Positions 7,514 to 16,796 of a stretch of 35,344 nucleotides of DNA are shown piece after piece. The stretch's first letter is position 1. Every line of letters begins with the position of its first letter. Under the pieces are notes generated by a model, which was not told where the DNA came from, made no database searches, and saw only the letters and a program-made list of their open reading frames with translations. The DNA is from a virus, in the IMG/VR virus record IMGVR_UViG_3300045988_151333. One strand, given 5' to 3'. A program made the position numbers and the translations under genes.

Positions 7514-8506
7514 ATGAAAACACAGCAAATAATAAGCACTATTGTTTATTTATTCACCGTTTTAAACGGCATACTTACGGCCGTTGGCAAAAACCCTCTG
7601 CCCTTCTCCGAATCAGACGTTTATACGTGGGGAACAATTGTTTTATCAGTTGTGGTTTTTGCTTATGGCGTTTGGAAAAATTACCCGACAAGCAAAGAAG
7701 GTAAAACGGCGGACAAAGTTTTACACGCAATGAAGTCCGGAATTATAGCAGCTCAGGATGTGTTAAATCTCATTGATTTAAAAGAAGCTCAGGACGCGAT
7801 AAACAAATTTAGCGACAGTAAAGATGAAAATGAGGACGAAACGGGTGGATATACAGCAGGTATGCTCTTCTCCGGTCGTAACCGCGTAACTCAGCCGTAC
7901 ACCTACAACGTGAACACCAAAAAGGGACACGGCGGGATTGATATTGTCGGAGACGATGATAAAACCGTTCACGCGGTTGAGGGTGGCACGGTATCGATGA
8001 TTTCGGTTTGGGACGGCAAGACCAAAACGGGCACGCAGAGCTACGGCAACCTTGTAGTTATTACCGACGCCACCGGTAAGCGACACTTTTACGCGCACCT
8101 TTCCTCTATCTCTATGCGTAAGGGTCAGAGAGTGTCTGCCGGTGATGTTGTCGGCATAATGGGTAACACGGGTAACAGCTTAGGAGCACACACTCATTAC
8201 GAGGTTCGCACCGGTCAGGGCACGGTTACGCGCATAAATCCTGCCGAGTTTTGCGGCGTTCAGAACGCCAAAGGTACATATGTGAACAATGTATCTGCTG
8301 CTTCACCTGCTCCGTCACACAGAGGTACAGCTTACACAATGACGTGCAAGATGTTGTACGTCCGCAAGGGACCGTCCACGATGTATCGCCGTGCCGGGAA
8401 ATACTCAAGGGGCGAGATATTCTATGTTGTGGCTCGTCAGGGTAATTGGTGTCAGCTCGAAAGCGGCAACTGGATGTGTGCTGGCAAATATCTTAAGAGA
8501 GTGTAA
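7514..8506 (+). CDS. Holin-like N-terminal domain fused to an M23 peptidase and an SH3 domain (endolysin)
   Basis: Two TM segments plus GVWKNYPTSKEG (SPP1-type holin pattern). M23 motifs HGGIDI and HTHYEV. C-terminal SH3-like YVRKGPS...GNWCQLESGNW. Confidence 0.7.
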   Translation: MKTQQIISTIVYLFTVLNGILTAVGKNPLPFSESDVYTWGTIVLSVVVFAYGVWKNYPTSKEGKTADKVLHAMKSGIIAAQDVLNLIDLKEAQDAINKFSDSKDENEDETGGYTAGMLFSGRNRVTQPYTYNVNTKKGHGGIDIVGDDDKTVHAVEGGTVSMISVWDGKTKTGTQSYGNLVVITDATGKRHFYAHLSSISMRKGQRVSAGDVVGIMGNTGNSLGAHTHYEVRTGQGTVTRINPAEFCGVQNAKGTYVNNVSAASPAPSHRGTAYTMTCKMLYVRKGPSTMYRRAGKYSRGEIFYVVARQGNWCQLESGNWMCAGKYLKRV

Positions 8507-9204
8507 TGTTTACAAATTTATCGCAGTTTTATAACTCTGAAATCTGGAAAGCAACGCGCGCAAAAATCATAGAAGAGCGCAAGGACAAATACGGCATTGT
8601 GCATTGTGAATACAGCGGCGTGGCACTGATTAACGGATATGACATAATCGCGCATCACAAAATACCGTTAACGCTTGACAATGTTAACGATTATTCCGTT
8701 TCATTAAATCCCGAAAACATAATGCTTGTCTCACATAAAGCCCATAATGAAATACACAAACGCTTCGGGTATGGCTCGGGGCGCAAGGTGTATTACGTTT
8801 ACGGTGCTCCGTGTTCGGGGAAAACAACATTTGTGAATAACATTAAAGGCAACAGCGATATTGTTTGTGATATTGACAACATATGGCAGTGCTTGACGGG
8901 CGGCGAGCGATACGACAAGCCGACCGCTTTAAAACAAAATGTATTCGAAGTGCAGCGCACAATTTTAGATATGATTAAAAACCGCTTCGGCAATTGGGAA
9001 CGCGCATACATAATCGACGGCGGCGCGGCCAAAACTCCGCGCAACAATCGCATTAAGGATTTAGGCGCGGAGCCTATATTCATTGACACGGACAAAGATA
9101 CGTGTTTGAAACATTTGGCATCTGACAAAACAAAAACGCAAACACAGCGTGCGGAGTGGCAGAGTTATATTGATAAATGGTTTTCCGATTATCAAGAAGC
9201 GTAA
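8506..9204 (+). CDS. HNH endonuclease fused to a P-loop NTPase/kinase-like domain
   Basis: HCEYSG...AHHKIPL...SHKAHNEIH gives the HNH domain. The C-terminal half has Walker A GAPCSGKTT and an IIDGG Walker B-like motif. Confidence 0.65.
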   Translation: MFTNLSQFYNSEIWKATRAKIIEERKDKYGIVHCEYSGVALINGYDIIAHHKIPLTLDNVNDYSVSLNPENIMLVSHKAHNEIHKRFGYGSGRKVYYVYGAPCSGKTTFVNNIKGNSDIVCDIDNIWQCLTGGERYDKPTALKQNVFEVQRTILDMIKNRFGNWERAYIIDGGAAKTPRNNRIKDLGAEPIFIDTDKDTCLKHLASDKTKTQTQRAEWQSYIDKWFSDYQEA

Positions 9205-9459
9205 TGCTTTTTTTGATAAATAAAATCTCCTTTTCTTTTGTGCCGATAACGCGGCGGCAAACAATACCGCGTTTCCTCCCGGAGATACCCCCCGGTCACG
9301 CCGGAAAGTGGTTGTCTTCCATACTGTGCGCCCCTCCTACTTTTCACGCGGGGCAATTTTTTGGAAATCGGGAAGTTTTTGGCAAAACTTTTGAAAAAAT
9401 AGGACCTTTTGAAAACTCTAAAAACAACATTAAAGAAGATTATAACTGGGGGCCGGAAA
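9205..9459. promoter_or_regulatory. Putative cos/packaging-initiation region
   Basis: 255-bp non-coding gap between the HNH and terminase genes. A GC-rich block sits at 9245-9350, followed by four TTTTGRAAA-like repeats at 9357-9420. Confidence 0.45.
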
Positions 9460-9738
9460 ATGACTCGTTTTGAAGAATTGAAAAGTTACATTTCGGCCTT
9501 GCCGGATGACATACAAGCTATATTGACTCCTGCGCTGAAGGATATTGTTTACGAAGAAGAAATGCTGCGTAAATTCCGCGATAATCCAAAGACGAAAACA
9601 AACGCGGCGATGTATAAGGCTTACAGGCAGACAAAACAAATATATCAGGCTGATTTGAAAATGATATTGTGGCAGCTGCGGCAAAACGAAACATCGGCGG
9701 CTGATGATTTGTTATCAAGATTGGCAGAATTTGAATGA
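9460..9738 (+). CDS. Putative terminase small subunit (position-based, P27-like)
   Basis: 92 aa, helical. The stop overlaps the terL start (ATGA). Follows the classic HNH-TerS-TerL order. Confidence 0.45.
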   Translation: MTRFEELKSYISALPDDIQAILTPALKDIVYEEEMLRKFRDNPKTKTNAAMYKAYRQTKQIYQADLKMILWQLRQNETSAADDLLSRLAEFE

Positions 9739-11393
9739 CATATCTTGAAGAATACAATTACTTGATACAAGGCAGACACGTTATTGCCGGCTATTGGATA
9801 AAAAAAGAGATCGAAAATCTTATCGAAGATTTGCAAAACCCGGCTTATGTTTACGATACGGCCGAAGCGCATAAAAGAATTAAATTTATGCAGACTTTAT
9901 GTCTCCAAAGCAAGCATCCGTATTTCGGAAAGCCTCTTGAGCTTATGCCGTGGCAGCTTGCTTTTTGGGAAGTTGTTTATTCATTTAAAATGAGTGATAC
10001 AAATCTACGCCGATTTATAGAGGTGCTGCTCGAAATCGCAAGAAAAAACGGCAAAAGCACAATGTTAGCCGGCGACGGAAATACCGACTTGTTTATCGGC
10101 AACGGCGGTTCGGAAATTTGTTGCGCATCAAACGAAGATAAACAGGCCAAATACATATGGCGAGAAATCGCCGGAATGCGTGACCGGTTGGATCCACAAA
10201 AGGCAATAACGAGCAAAAACCTAATTGAAATTCGAAACGACCGAAAGAACATCATTATTTCGCGAATGTCGAGCAAAACGCAAAACAAGGATGGCGGAAA
10301 CTATACAAAAACGTACCTTGACGAAGCGGAAGATATAGATGAGGAAAACGGAAATAGCGAACTTGCAGAGTCATGCTGGCGCGGAATGTCAACAAAAGAC
10401 GATCCTATATTTATAACTTGCACAACGCAAGGTTTCAGCCGTGATGGCTGCTTTTTGGATAAAAAAATCGCGCACGCAAAAGCGGTTATCGAAGGCGAAA
10501 AAGAAGACATACACTTTTTGTCTTTCCTTTATGAACAAGACAATGAACAAGAAATATGGCAAGACGAGAGCAGCTGGGAAAAGGCGAATCCGTCTTTGCG
10601 ATACGGCGTTAAGAAAATGTCGAAACTCCGCCGAGACGTAAACCTTGCCCGGACAGATAAAGAAGCACGAATACATCTGCTTTGCAAAGACTTCAATATT
10701 AAACAAAACAGTGCGCAGGCGTGGCTTCGCTCTGAAGACTTTATGTATTTACAAGAGAAAAAAAGCCTTGAAGATTTTCGCGGCTGTTTTTGCTTGGGTG
10801 CGCTTGACTGTTCGCAGACAACAGACCTTACGAATTTAAAGCTTTTATTCATGCGACCAAACGATAACACAAAATATGTTTTTTCACATTATTGGATTCC
10901 GGAAAGCAAGTTGACCGACAGCTCAGACAAGAGCGCGGGTGCTCGTTATGAAGAATGGGCGCAAGCAGGATATATAACGATAAGTAAAGGAAGTATCATC
11001 GATTTAACGGACGTAACACGCTACATCTCGGAGCTTAAAGACCTTTACAACATCCGCGTTTTAAAATGCGGATACGACAAAGCCTATGCTCGCGAATTTG
11101 AAAAGAGCATCGACGATTTAAGCTCGACTATGCGCGAGCCCATAAATCAAAAAGTGATGTCAACTCCGATGAAATGGGTTGAGCGTGATTTTGAAAATCA
11201 CGTTATAAATTACGGGAACAATCCCGTCGACGCTTGGTGTTTGGGCAATGCTTGCTGCTATATCGACCGGCACGAAAATTACAGCTGTAAGAAATCACAG
11301 GCAAGCAAACGAATTGACGGAGCTGTCGTTTTTATAATTCTTTACGCAACGCTCTTAAAGTTTAATTCTGAATTTCAAAACGCAATAAAATAG
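9735..11393 (+). CDS. terL: Terminase large subunit
   Basis: 552 aa. PWQLAFW, Walker A-like ARKNGKST and Walker B YLDEAED. Confidence 0.9.
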   Translation: MTYLEEYNYLIQGRHVIAGYWIKKEIENLIEDLQNPAYVYDTAEAHKRIKFMQTLCLQSKHPYFGKPLELMPWQLAFWEVVYSFKMSDTNLRRFIEVLLEIARKNGKSTMLAGDGNTDLFIGNGGSEICCASNEDKQAKYIWREIAGMRDRLDPQKAITSKNLIEIRNDRKNIIISRMSSKTQNKDGGNYTKTYLDEAEDIDEENGNSELAESCWRGMSTKDDPIFITCTTQGFSRDGCFLDKKIAHAKAVIEGEKEDIHFLSFLYEQDNEQEIWQDESSWEKANPSLRYGVKKMSKLRRDVNLARTDKEARIHLLCKDFNIKQNSAQAWLRSEDFMYLQEKKSLEDFRGCFCLGALDCSQTTDLTNLKLLFMRPNDNTKYVFSHYWIPESKLTDSSDKSAGARYEEWAQAGYITISKGSIIDLTDVTRYISELKDLYNIRVLKCGYDKAYAREFEKSIDDLSSTMREPINQKVMSTPMKWVERDFENHVINYGNNPVDAWCLGNACCYIDRHENYSCKKSQASKRIDGAVVFIILYATLLKFNSEFQNAIK

Positions 11394-11395
11394 GA

Positions 11396-12610
11396 GTGAT
11401 TCACACGGGATTATTTGATTTGTTCAAATCGAAAAAGAAAAAACAAAGCGGGCTGACATATGCGCCGACGATGACCGGACATGCACCGTTTTATTCTTCT
11501 TTCGGAGAAAGCGTTTACGCTTCGGACATAATAGTTCAATCAATCCGCTGTAAAGCGAATGAGTTCAAAAAACTCGACCCGCGACATATTCGGACAACTA
11601 ACGGTGAACAATCGGTAGTGAGCGATAGCAGCATCGCAAAGGTCCTGAAAAGGCCGAATGGGTACATGACCACGGCTGACTTTTTGGAAAAAATAACAAT
11701 TTTGCTTGAGCTTACAAAAAACGTGTTTATTTATCCGACATTTTATAAAACAAACGGCGGCGAAAAATATTACACGGGGTTTTATCCGCTGAAGCCGTCT
11801 GAAGTTCAATATATGATCGACGCAGCAGGCAATTTGTATTTGAATTTGAGATTTGCAAACGGTTATGAAATAACGCTTCCTTCAGATAGCGTTATACATT
11901 GGAGGAAAGATTACGGAGTCAATGATTATTTCGGCGGCGGAATGTTCGGCGGCGATGACAACTCCGGGCTCTTAACAATGCTTCAACGCTACGACCAATT
12001 GACGCAGAGCATCGCAAAAGCGGTTAAATGTTCTTGCCAAGTGAATGCGGCGGTAAAGGTAAATACATATGCTGAAACGGATGAGCTTAAGCAGAAACGC
12101 GAAGAATTTGAGGCTGATATTATAGACAATAAGAGCGGACTACTTGTCATGGATCAATCAAGCGAATTTGTGAGCATTCCGCGAGATGTAAAGCTTGTTG
12201 ATGCCGACACGCTCAAATTTTTTTATGACACAATTTTGCGCGCTAACGGGTGCAGCCTTGCAATACTTAACGGCGATTATACTAAGGCACAAAAAGAAGC
12301 TTATTACGAGCACGCACTCGAAGCTGATATAAAAGGCTTGGGACAGGCTATGTCGCGAGTGCTTTTTACTGAACGCGAGGCGGCATTCGGTAATGAGATA
12401 ATCCTATATCCTAACGACATATCATTTATGTCGATGGAAAACAAATTGACAGCATTACAATTAGGGCTGCCTGCTGGCATATTCACAAAAAACGAAGCCC
12501 GCGAATTGCTGGGATATGCCCCTATCGAGGGCGGCGACGTAATGCCGAGAGGCTATAACGAAGTAGACGCGACAGGTACAGGCGAAAGCGAGGAAAAAAA
12601 CGATGAGTAA
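11396..12610 (+). CDS. Portal protein (HK97 family)
   Basis: 404 aa, in the position between terL and the prohead protease. GTG start, so the exact start is uncertain. Confidence 0.8.
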   Translation: MIHTGLFDLFKSKKKKQSGLTYAPTMTGHAPFYSSFGESVYASDIIVQSIRCKANEFKKLDPRHIRTTNGEQSVVSDSSIAKVLKRPNGYMTTADFLEKITILLELTKNVFIYPTFYKTNGGEKYYTGFYPLKPSEVQYMIDAAGNLYLNLRFANGYEITLPSDSVIHWRKDYGVNDYFGGGMFGGDDNSGLLTMLQRYDQLTQSIAKAVKCSCQVNAAVKVNTYAETDELKQKREEFEADIIDNKSGLLVMDQSSEFVSIPRDVKLVDADTLKFFYDTILRANGCSLAILNGDYTKAQKEAYYEHALEADIKGLGQAMSRVLFTEREAAFGNEIILYPNDISFMSMENKLTALQLGLPAGIFTKNEARELLGYAPIEGGDVMPRGYNEVDATGTGESEEKNDE

Positions 12611-13271
12611 AAAAAGAAATGATTATTTTTTGCAGCGCGGTTTTACCGCCGAATTTAGAGCTGCGGGAGCTGATGACGGCAACACAGGACATATCGTCGA
12701 GGGCGTCGCGGCTGTCTGTGAGCAAGAAACATGCATACAAGATTTTTCCGGCGAATTTATTGAGGTTATTCGAAAAGGCGCGTTTGACGAAACAAACTTT
12801 GATGACGTGCGCTTCTTAGTGAATCACGATTTCAACGGCATTGCTCTTGCCCGAAGCCGGCGAAATAATAAGAGTGATAAGCCTAACACAATGCAGCTTT
12901 TCGTAGACGATAACGGCGATGTAAATATTAAGGCTGATCTTGACACAGCAAACAACGAACAGGCCCGTGCTCTCTATTCGGCCATAAGCCGCGGCGATTT
13001 GGACGGAATGAGCTTTTGCTTTTACGTTTCGGAATATAATCAGAAATGGAGTGAGCGCGACGGAGTAATTGTTCGTGAAATATTAAAGGTCGATAAAGTT
13101 ATCGAAGTTTCAGCTGTTAACTTCCCGGCATATGGGGGAACTAACATAGATAGCCGGTCGCTGGATAGTGACCGCCGAGCACTGGATAGGGCTCGTATCG
13201 CGTTGGATAACGCAAAAAAAACGAAGCCTGATTACAAGGCAAAAACTTTAATTACAATGTACAAAAAGTGA
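12603..13271 (+). CDS. Prohead protease (HK97 family, S78)
   Basis: FLVNHDFNGIALARS motif. Lies between the portal and capsid genes. Confidence 0.8.
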   Translation: MSKKRNDYFLQRGFTAEFRAAGADDGNTGHIVEGVAAVCEQETCIQDFSGEFIEVIRKGAFDETNFDDVRFLVNHDFNGIALARSRRNNKSDKPNTMQLFVDDNGDVNIKADLDTANNEQARALYSAISRGDLDGMSFCFYVSEYNQKWSERDGVIVREILKVDKVIEVSAVNFPAYGGTNIDSRSLDSDRRALDRARIALDNAKKTKPDYKAKTLITMYKK

Positions 13272-13275
13272 GGTA

Positions 13276-14541
13276 ATGAACATGAAAGAAAAACTCTTAA
13301 AGCTTTTAAACGCAAAAAAAGAGCAGCGAGACGCTCTTAACAAATCAATGATTGAGAGCGAGAACAAAGAAGAGCGCGCCGCTATCGGCGAAACTCTTAA
13401 AGCTCTTGGCGAAGAAATCAACGAAGTTGAAGAAATGCTCGCACAGGTTGACGAGCCCGCACCCGATGGGCCCGACGCAGGTGATAAGGGCGACAACTCT
13501 CGACAGCTTGACCCAATTGCAACGTTTAAAATGAGGGATCAAAAACCGGCTGCTGTTAAAGACCGTTATGATACGGAGGAATACCGCAGCGCGTTTATGG
13601 ACTTTGTTTGCAGGGGCATTAAAATTCCTGCTGAAATGCGCAAGGATGACGTGACCAAAACAACAGATGCAAGCGCAGTTATCCCCACGACAATTCTTAA
13701 TGAAATGGTTGTCGGACTTAAAAATTACGGCAATTTGTATGCAAAGGTTAGTAAACTTAACGTACAGGGCGGCGTGCAAATTCCGATTTTGTCGCTAAAA
13801 CCGGAGGCTAAGTGGATTTCTGCCAATACCGCAACAAGCGAAAGTGACAAACAGAAGATAGCGTCTAATACAGCTGTTACATTTAATTATTATGGTTTGG
13901 AATGCAAAATTTCGCAGACTTTGCTCACAAATGTTACAACGCTTGACATGTTCCAGCAGATGTTTATTCCGCTTGCAATGGAGGCTATTGCGAAAGCTTG
14001 GGATATTGCAATAATCTCCGGCAGCGGTACGGGCGAACCCTTAGGAATCACCAAGGATAGCCGAGTACCTATATCACAAGTAGTTACACTTGCTGCTGCT
14101 GACGTCGTTAAATGGGATGCGTGGAAGAAGAAAGTTTTTGCAAAAATTCCCTCCGCTTATCGTAGCGGTTCGTTCATTATGGCTCAGGGTACCTTTGACG
14201 GGTATATAGATGGAATGGTCGACAGCAACGGACAGCCGATTGCACGCGTTAATTACGGAATTGAAAATGGCGAATCATACCGTTTTGGCGGCAAGGAGGT
14301 TGAAATTGTTGAACCAGAAGTAATAAAAGACTGGGATAGTGCAACGGGTAACGCTACGACTGGTGATGTTATTGCCGTCTTTGCAAACCTGAACGATTAT
14401 GCAATTAACAGTAATCTTGAAATGAAAGTCGTAAAATGGGAAGACAATGACAACAACGAAATCAAAAACAAAGTCATTCTCATCGCCGACGGAAAGCTTG
14501 TCGACCCTAACGGTGTAGTTATCGTTAAGAAAGGCGTATAA
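13276..14541 (+). CDS. Major capsid protein (HK97 family) with an N-terminal delta domain
   Basis: 421 aa with a coiled-coil N-terminus. Follows the protease. Confidence 0.85.
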   Translation: MNMKEKLLKLLNAKKEQRDALNKSMIESENKEERAAIGETLKALGEEINEVEEMLAQVDEPAPDGPDAGDKGDNSRQLDPIATFKMRDQKPAAVKDRYDTEEYRSAFMDFVCRGIKIPAEMRKDDVTKTTDASAVIPTTILNEMVVGLKNYGNLYAKVSKLNVQGGVQIPILSLKPEAKWISANTATSESDKQKIASNTAVTFNYYGLECKISQTLLTNVTTLDMFQQMFIPLAMEAIAKAWDIAIISGSGTGEPLGITKDSRVPISQVVTLAAADVVKWDAWKKKVFAKIPSAYRSGSFIMAQGTFDGYIDGMVDSNGQPIARVNYGIENGESYRFGGKEVEIVEPEVIKDWDSATGNATTGDVIAVFANLNDYAINSNLEMKVVKWEDNDNNEIKNKVILIADGKLVDPNGVVIVKKGV

Positions 14542-14544
14542 ACA

Positions 14545-14697
14545 ATGAGAACTATTGACGCATTAAAAGCCCTTGCTGTTGCGCTCGGTTGCGCAGCAAG
14601 TGTCGCAAAAGTAACGGGAAACACCGTCGACGAGGTTGTTAATTTTATCGCAGCAAATTTGCCCGACACCTACAAGGGCAAGGTTGCTGGAACTTAA
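14545..14697 (+). CDS. Small hypothetical protein (50 aa)
   Basis: ATG lies 3 nt after the capsid stop and the ORF fills the gap. Below the ORF-track cutoff. Confidence 0.4.
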   Translation: MRTIDALKALAVALGCAASVAKVTGNTVDEVVNFIAANLPDTYKGKVAGT

Positions 14698-14718
14698 TTT
14701 AAACAAGGAAGGTTTTAT

Positions 14719-15012
14719 GTGATGCAATTGACAGAAGCCGAAAGGCTGGCAAAAGTGAAATATGCTTTATACGGCAACGCAACGCAGAGTTATAACGACG
14801 AGCAGCTTAAATTATACATCGAAGAAGTGCTCGACGAAATGATTCATGCCGGCGTTAAGGAAAATGTTGCAAAAAGCGCGGCGGCTGTCGGTTGTATCGC
14901 ATGCGGCATTAACGACATCTGGAATTTCTCAAGCGGCACTGTCAAGCATAGCGAATATTACGATCGAAGGCTGGTTCAACTCACTTTGAGAAGAGGCGAC
15001 GAAGATGTATAG
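14719..15012 (+). CDS. Head-tail connector (gp6-like)
   Basis: Size, position and N-terminal pattern. The start is GTG 14719 or ATG 14722. Confidence 0.6.
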   Translation: MMQLTEAERLAKVKYALYGNATQSYNDEQLKLYIEEVLDEMIHAGVKENVAKSAAAVGCIACGINDIWNFSSGTVKHSEYYDRRLVQLTLRRGDEDV

Positions 15013-15373
15013 ACCGTCGGAAGCCGCACAAATGACGACTGCAATTCAATTGCAGCAACCGATTAAAACGAAGTCGTCCGGCGTTAGTCAAAAGTCTTAC
15101 GGCGTTAGTCAAAAGTCATACAAGGATGTTGACGGCATTGTTATGGCGAATTTCAAAACATACGGCGGAACAGAAAAAACCGACAATGGGATTTTGTCGA
15201 TTGAAGAAACAGCGCAAATCGTATGCCGGTATCGCCCGGATATTAAAAGCGATACCCGAGTAGTCCTTTTGCAGACGGGTGCGATTTATGAAATCTTGGG
15301 CGAGCCGGAGAACATCGAAATGCGAAATATGTTTTTGAAATTCAAAATTCGCAGAATAAAAGGCGGTGCTTGA
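15005..15373 (+). CDS. Head closure / head-tail adaptor (SPP1 gp16-like)
   Basis: CRYRPDIKSDTRVVL...IYEILGEPENI pattern and position. Contains a 21-nt in-frame tandem duplication. Confidence 0.6.
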   Translation: MYRPSEAAQMTTAIQLQQPIKTKSSGVSQKSYGVSQKSYKDVDGIVMANFKTYGGTEKTDNGILSIEETAQIVCRYRPDIKSDTRVVLLQTGAIYEILGEPENIEMRNMFLKFKIRRIKGGA

Positions 15374-15806
15374 TTTGGCAAAATCGGGAATCACTTTAAA
15401 GCTTGACGGTTTCGAGGAAATGTTGAAAGACATTGAAGCGGCAGGCGGTACGATTAACAAGGCTGTCGATAGTACAATGAAGCAGTCGGCGCAGATTGTC
15501 CAAGCTGAATTAAAAAAGCAAATGCAGGGCGCAAGCCCTAAAGCAGTTGACAGCGGATTGATAAATCGAATGTCGTCGTCCGTTAAATGGGAAGGTAATG
15601 TATGCACGGCAGAAGTAGGATATGAAAAAGGCAGCTATAATCCGAAAAAACTCGATGACGGGTACAAGGCAGTTTTTATAAACTACGGGACACCGAGAAT
15701 TGCGCCGAGGGGATTTATAGGCAAGGCAAAGAAAAAAGCAAAACAGCCTGTTAAAAAGGCGCAGGAGCAAACATTTAAAAAGATTTTAGAGAGGTTGCAA
15801 AAATGA
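15366..15806 (+). CDS. HK97 gp10-family tail component
   Basis: Position, plus the C-terminal FINYGTPRIAPRGFI pattern. GTG start. Confidence 0.55.
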   Translation: MLDLAKSGITLKLDGFEEMLKDIEAAGGTINKAVDSTMKQSAQIVQAELKKQMQGASPKAVDSGLINRMSSSVKWEGNVCTAEVGYEKGSYNPKKLDDGYKAVFINYGTPRIAPRGFIGKAKKKAKQPVKKAQEQTFKKILERLQK

Positions 15807-16150
15807 AAAGGTTGTTGATAAGTGAATTAAATAAATTCGGTTATCCTGTCTATTTGCAAGGCTCTTTAAACGCTGACAAAGCTTATCCCGACACCTTTAT
15901 AACATTTTTCACTGATTATACAACGGACGGTTCGCATTATGAAAACAATGTTAATTCTATCGAATGGAATTTCAGCGTTATTCTTTATTCAAACAATCCG
16001 CAAATTGTAAATGAAAAGCCGATTGAAATTATTAACGCATTAAAGAAAGCGGGATTTATTCCGCAAGGCAAAGGACAGGATGTTTTTAGCGATGAACCGA
16101 CACACACGGGGTGGGCTATGGACTTCAAATATCTTGAATATCAAAATTAA
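15803..16150 (+). CDS. Tail completion/terminator-like protein
   Basis: Lies immediately upstream of the major tail protein. ATGA overlap with the upstream gene. Confidence 0.45.
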   Translation: MKRLLISELNKFGYPVYLQGSLNADKAYPDTFITFFTDYTTDGSHYENNVNSIEWNFSVILYSNNPQIVNEKPIEIINALKKAGFIPQGKGQDVFSDEPTHTGWAMDFKYLEYQN

Positions 16151-16166
16151 AAAAGGTGGTTAGACT

Positions 16167-16796
16167 ATGGCACAGGAATACAGAGGTTGCAGAAAACTTG
16201 TTTATGCAGAGGTAAAGACCGATACAGCCGAGGGTATGACTTTTGGCGAAGTTAAGCCGTTCGCGCCCGTTCAGACTATAAGCAAGAATGTTGAATATTC
16301 AACGGCAACAAGCTATTACGATAATGTCGCACACAACACAAGAAAATCAGAGGGCGCAGACGAAACAGAGTTTACACACGCTGTACCGTCTGACGAAGTT
16401 ATGGCAGATATTGAGGGCAAATATTACGATCCGACTACAGGAATTTATTCCGACAGCCCTATATCAAATAAAACCTTTGCAGTAGGTTATATTTTTGATG
16501 AAGAGGGCGATAGCGAGGAAGAAAATTTCTGTTGGAAGCTTAAGGGTAATTTTAAAGTCGGAAACGTTGAACATCAGACGATAGATGACGGCACAGATGT
16601 AACAAATGTTACAACTACATTCGCCGCGATATATCCGAAGGCTACCTTTACTCACGGCGGTGCAGACGGAACAGGAGGCAAGTCAAAGGGTGTACGCATT
16701 AAGAAATCTAAGGGAATTATGACCGAAGAGGAATTTTTCAAGACACCGCAGACTGTAGATACCGTTTTTACAGCCGCGAATAAAGGTAAAGGATAA
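16167..16796 (+). CDS. Major tail protein (phi13-like)
   Basis: 209 aa with a strong RBS. Lies directly upstream of the G/GT chaperones. Confidence 0.7.
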   Translation: MAQEYRGCRKLVYAEVKTDTAEGMTFGEVKPFAPVQTISKNVEYSTATSYYDNVAHNTRKSEGADETEFTHAVPSDEVMADIEGKYYDPTTGIYSDSPISNKTFAVGYIFDEEGDSEEENFCWKLKGNFKVGNVEHQTIDDGTDVTNVTTTFAAIYPKATFTHGGADGTGGKSKGVRIKKSKGIMTEEEFFKTPQTVDTVFTAANKGKG

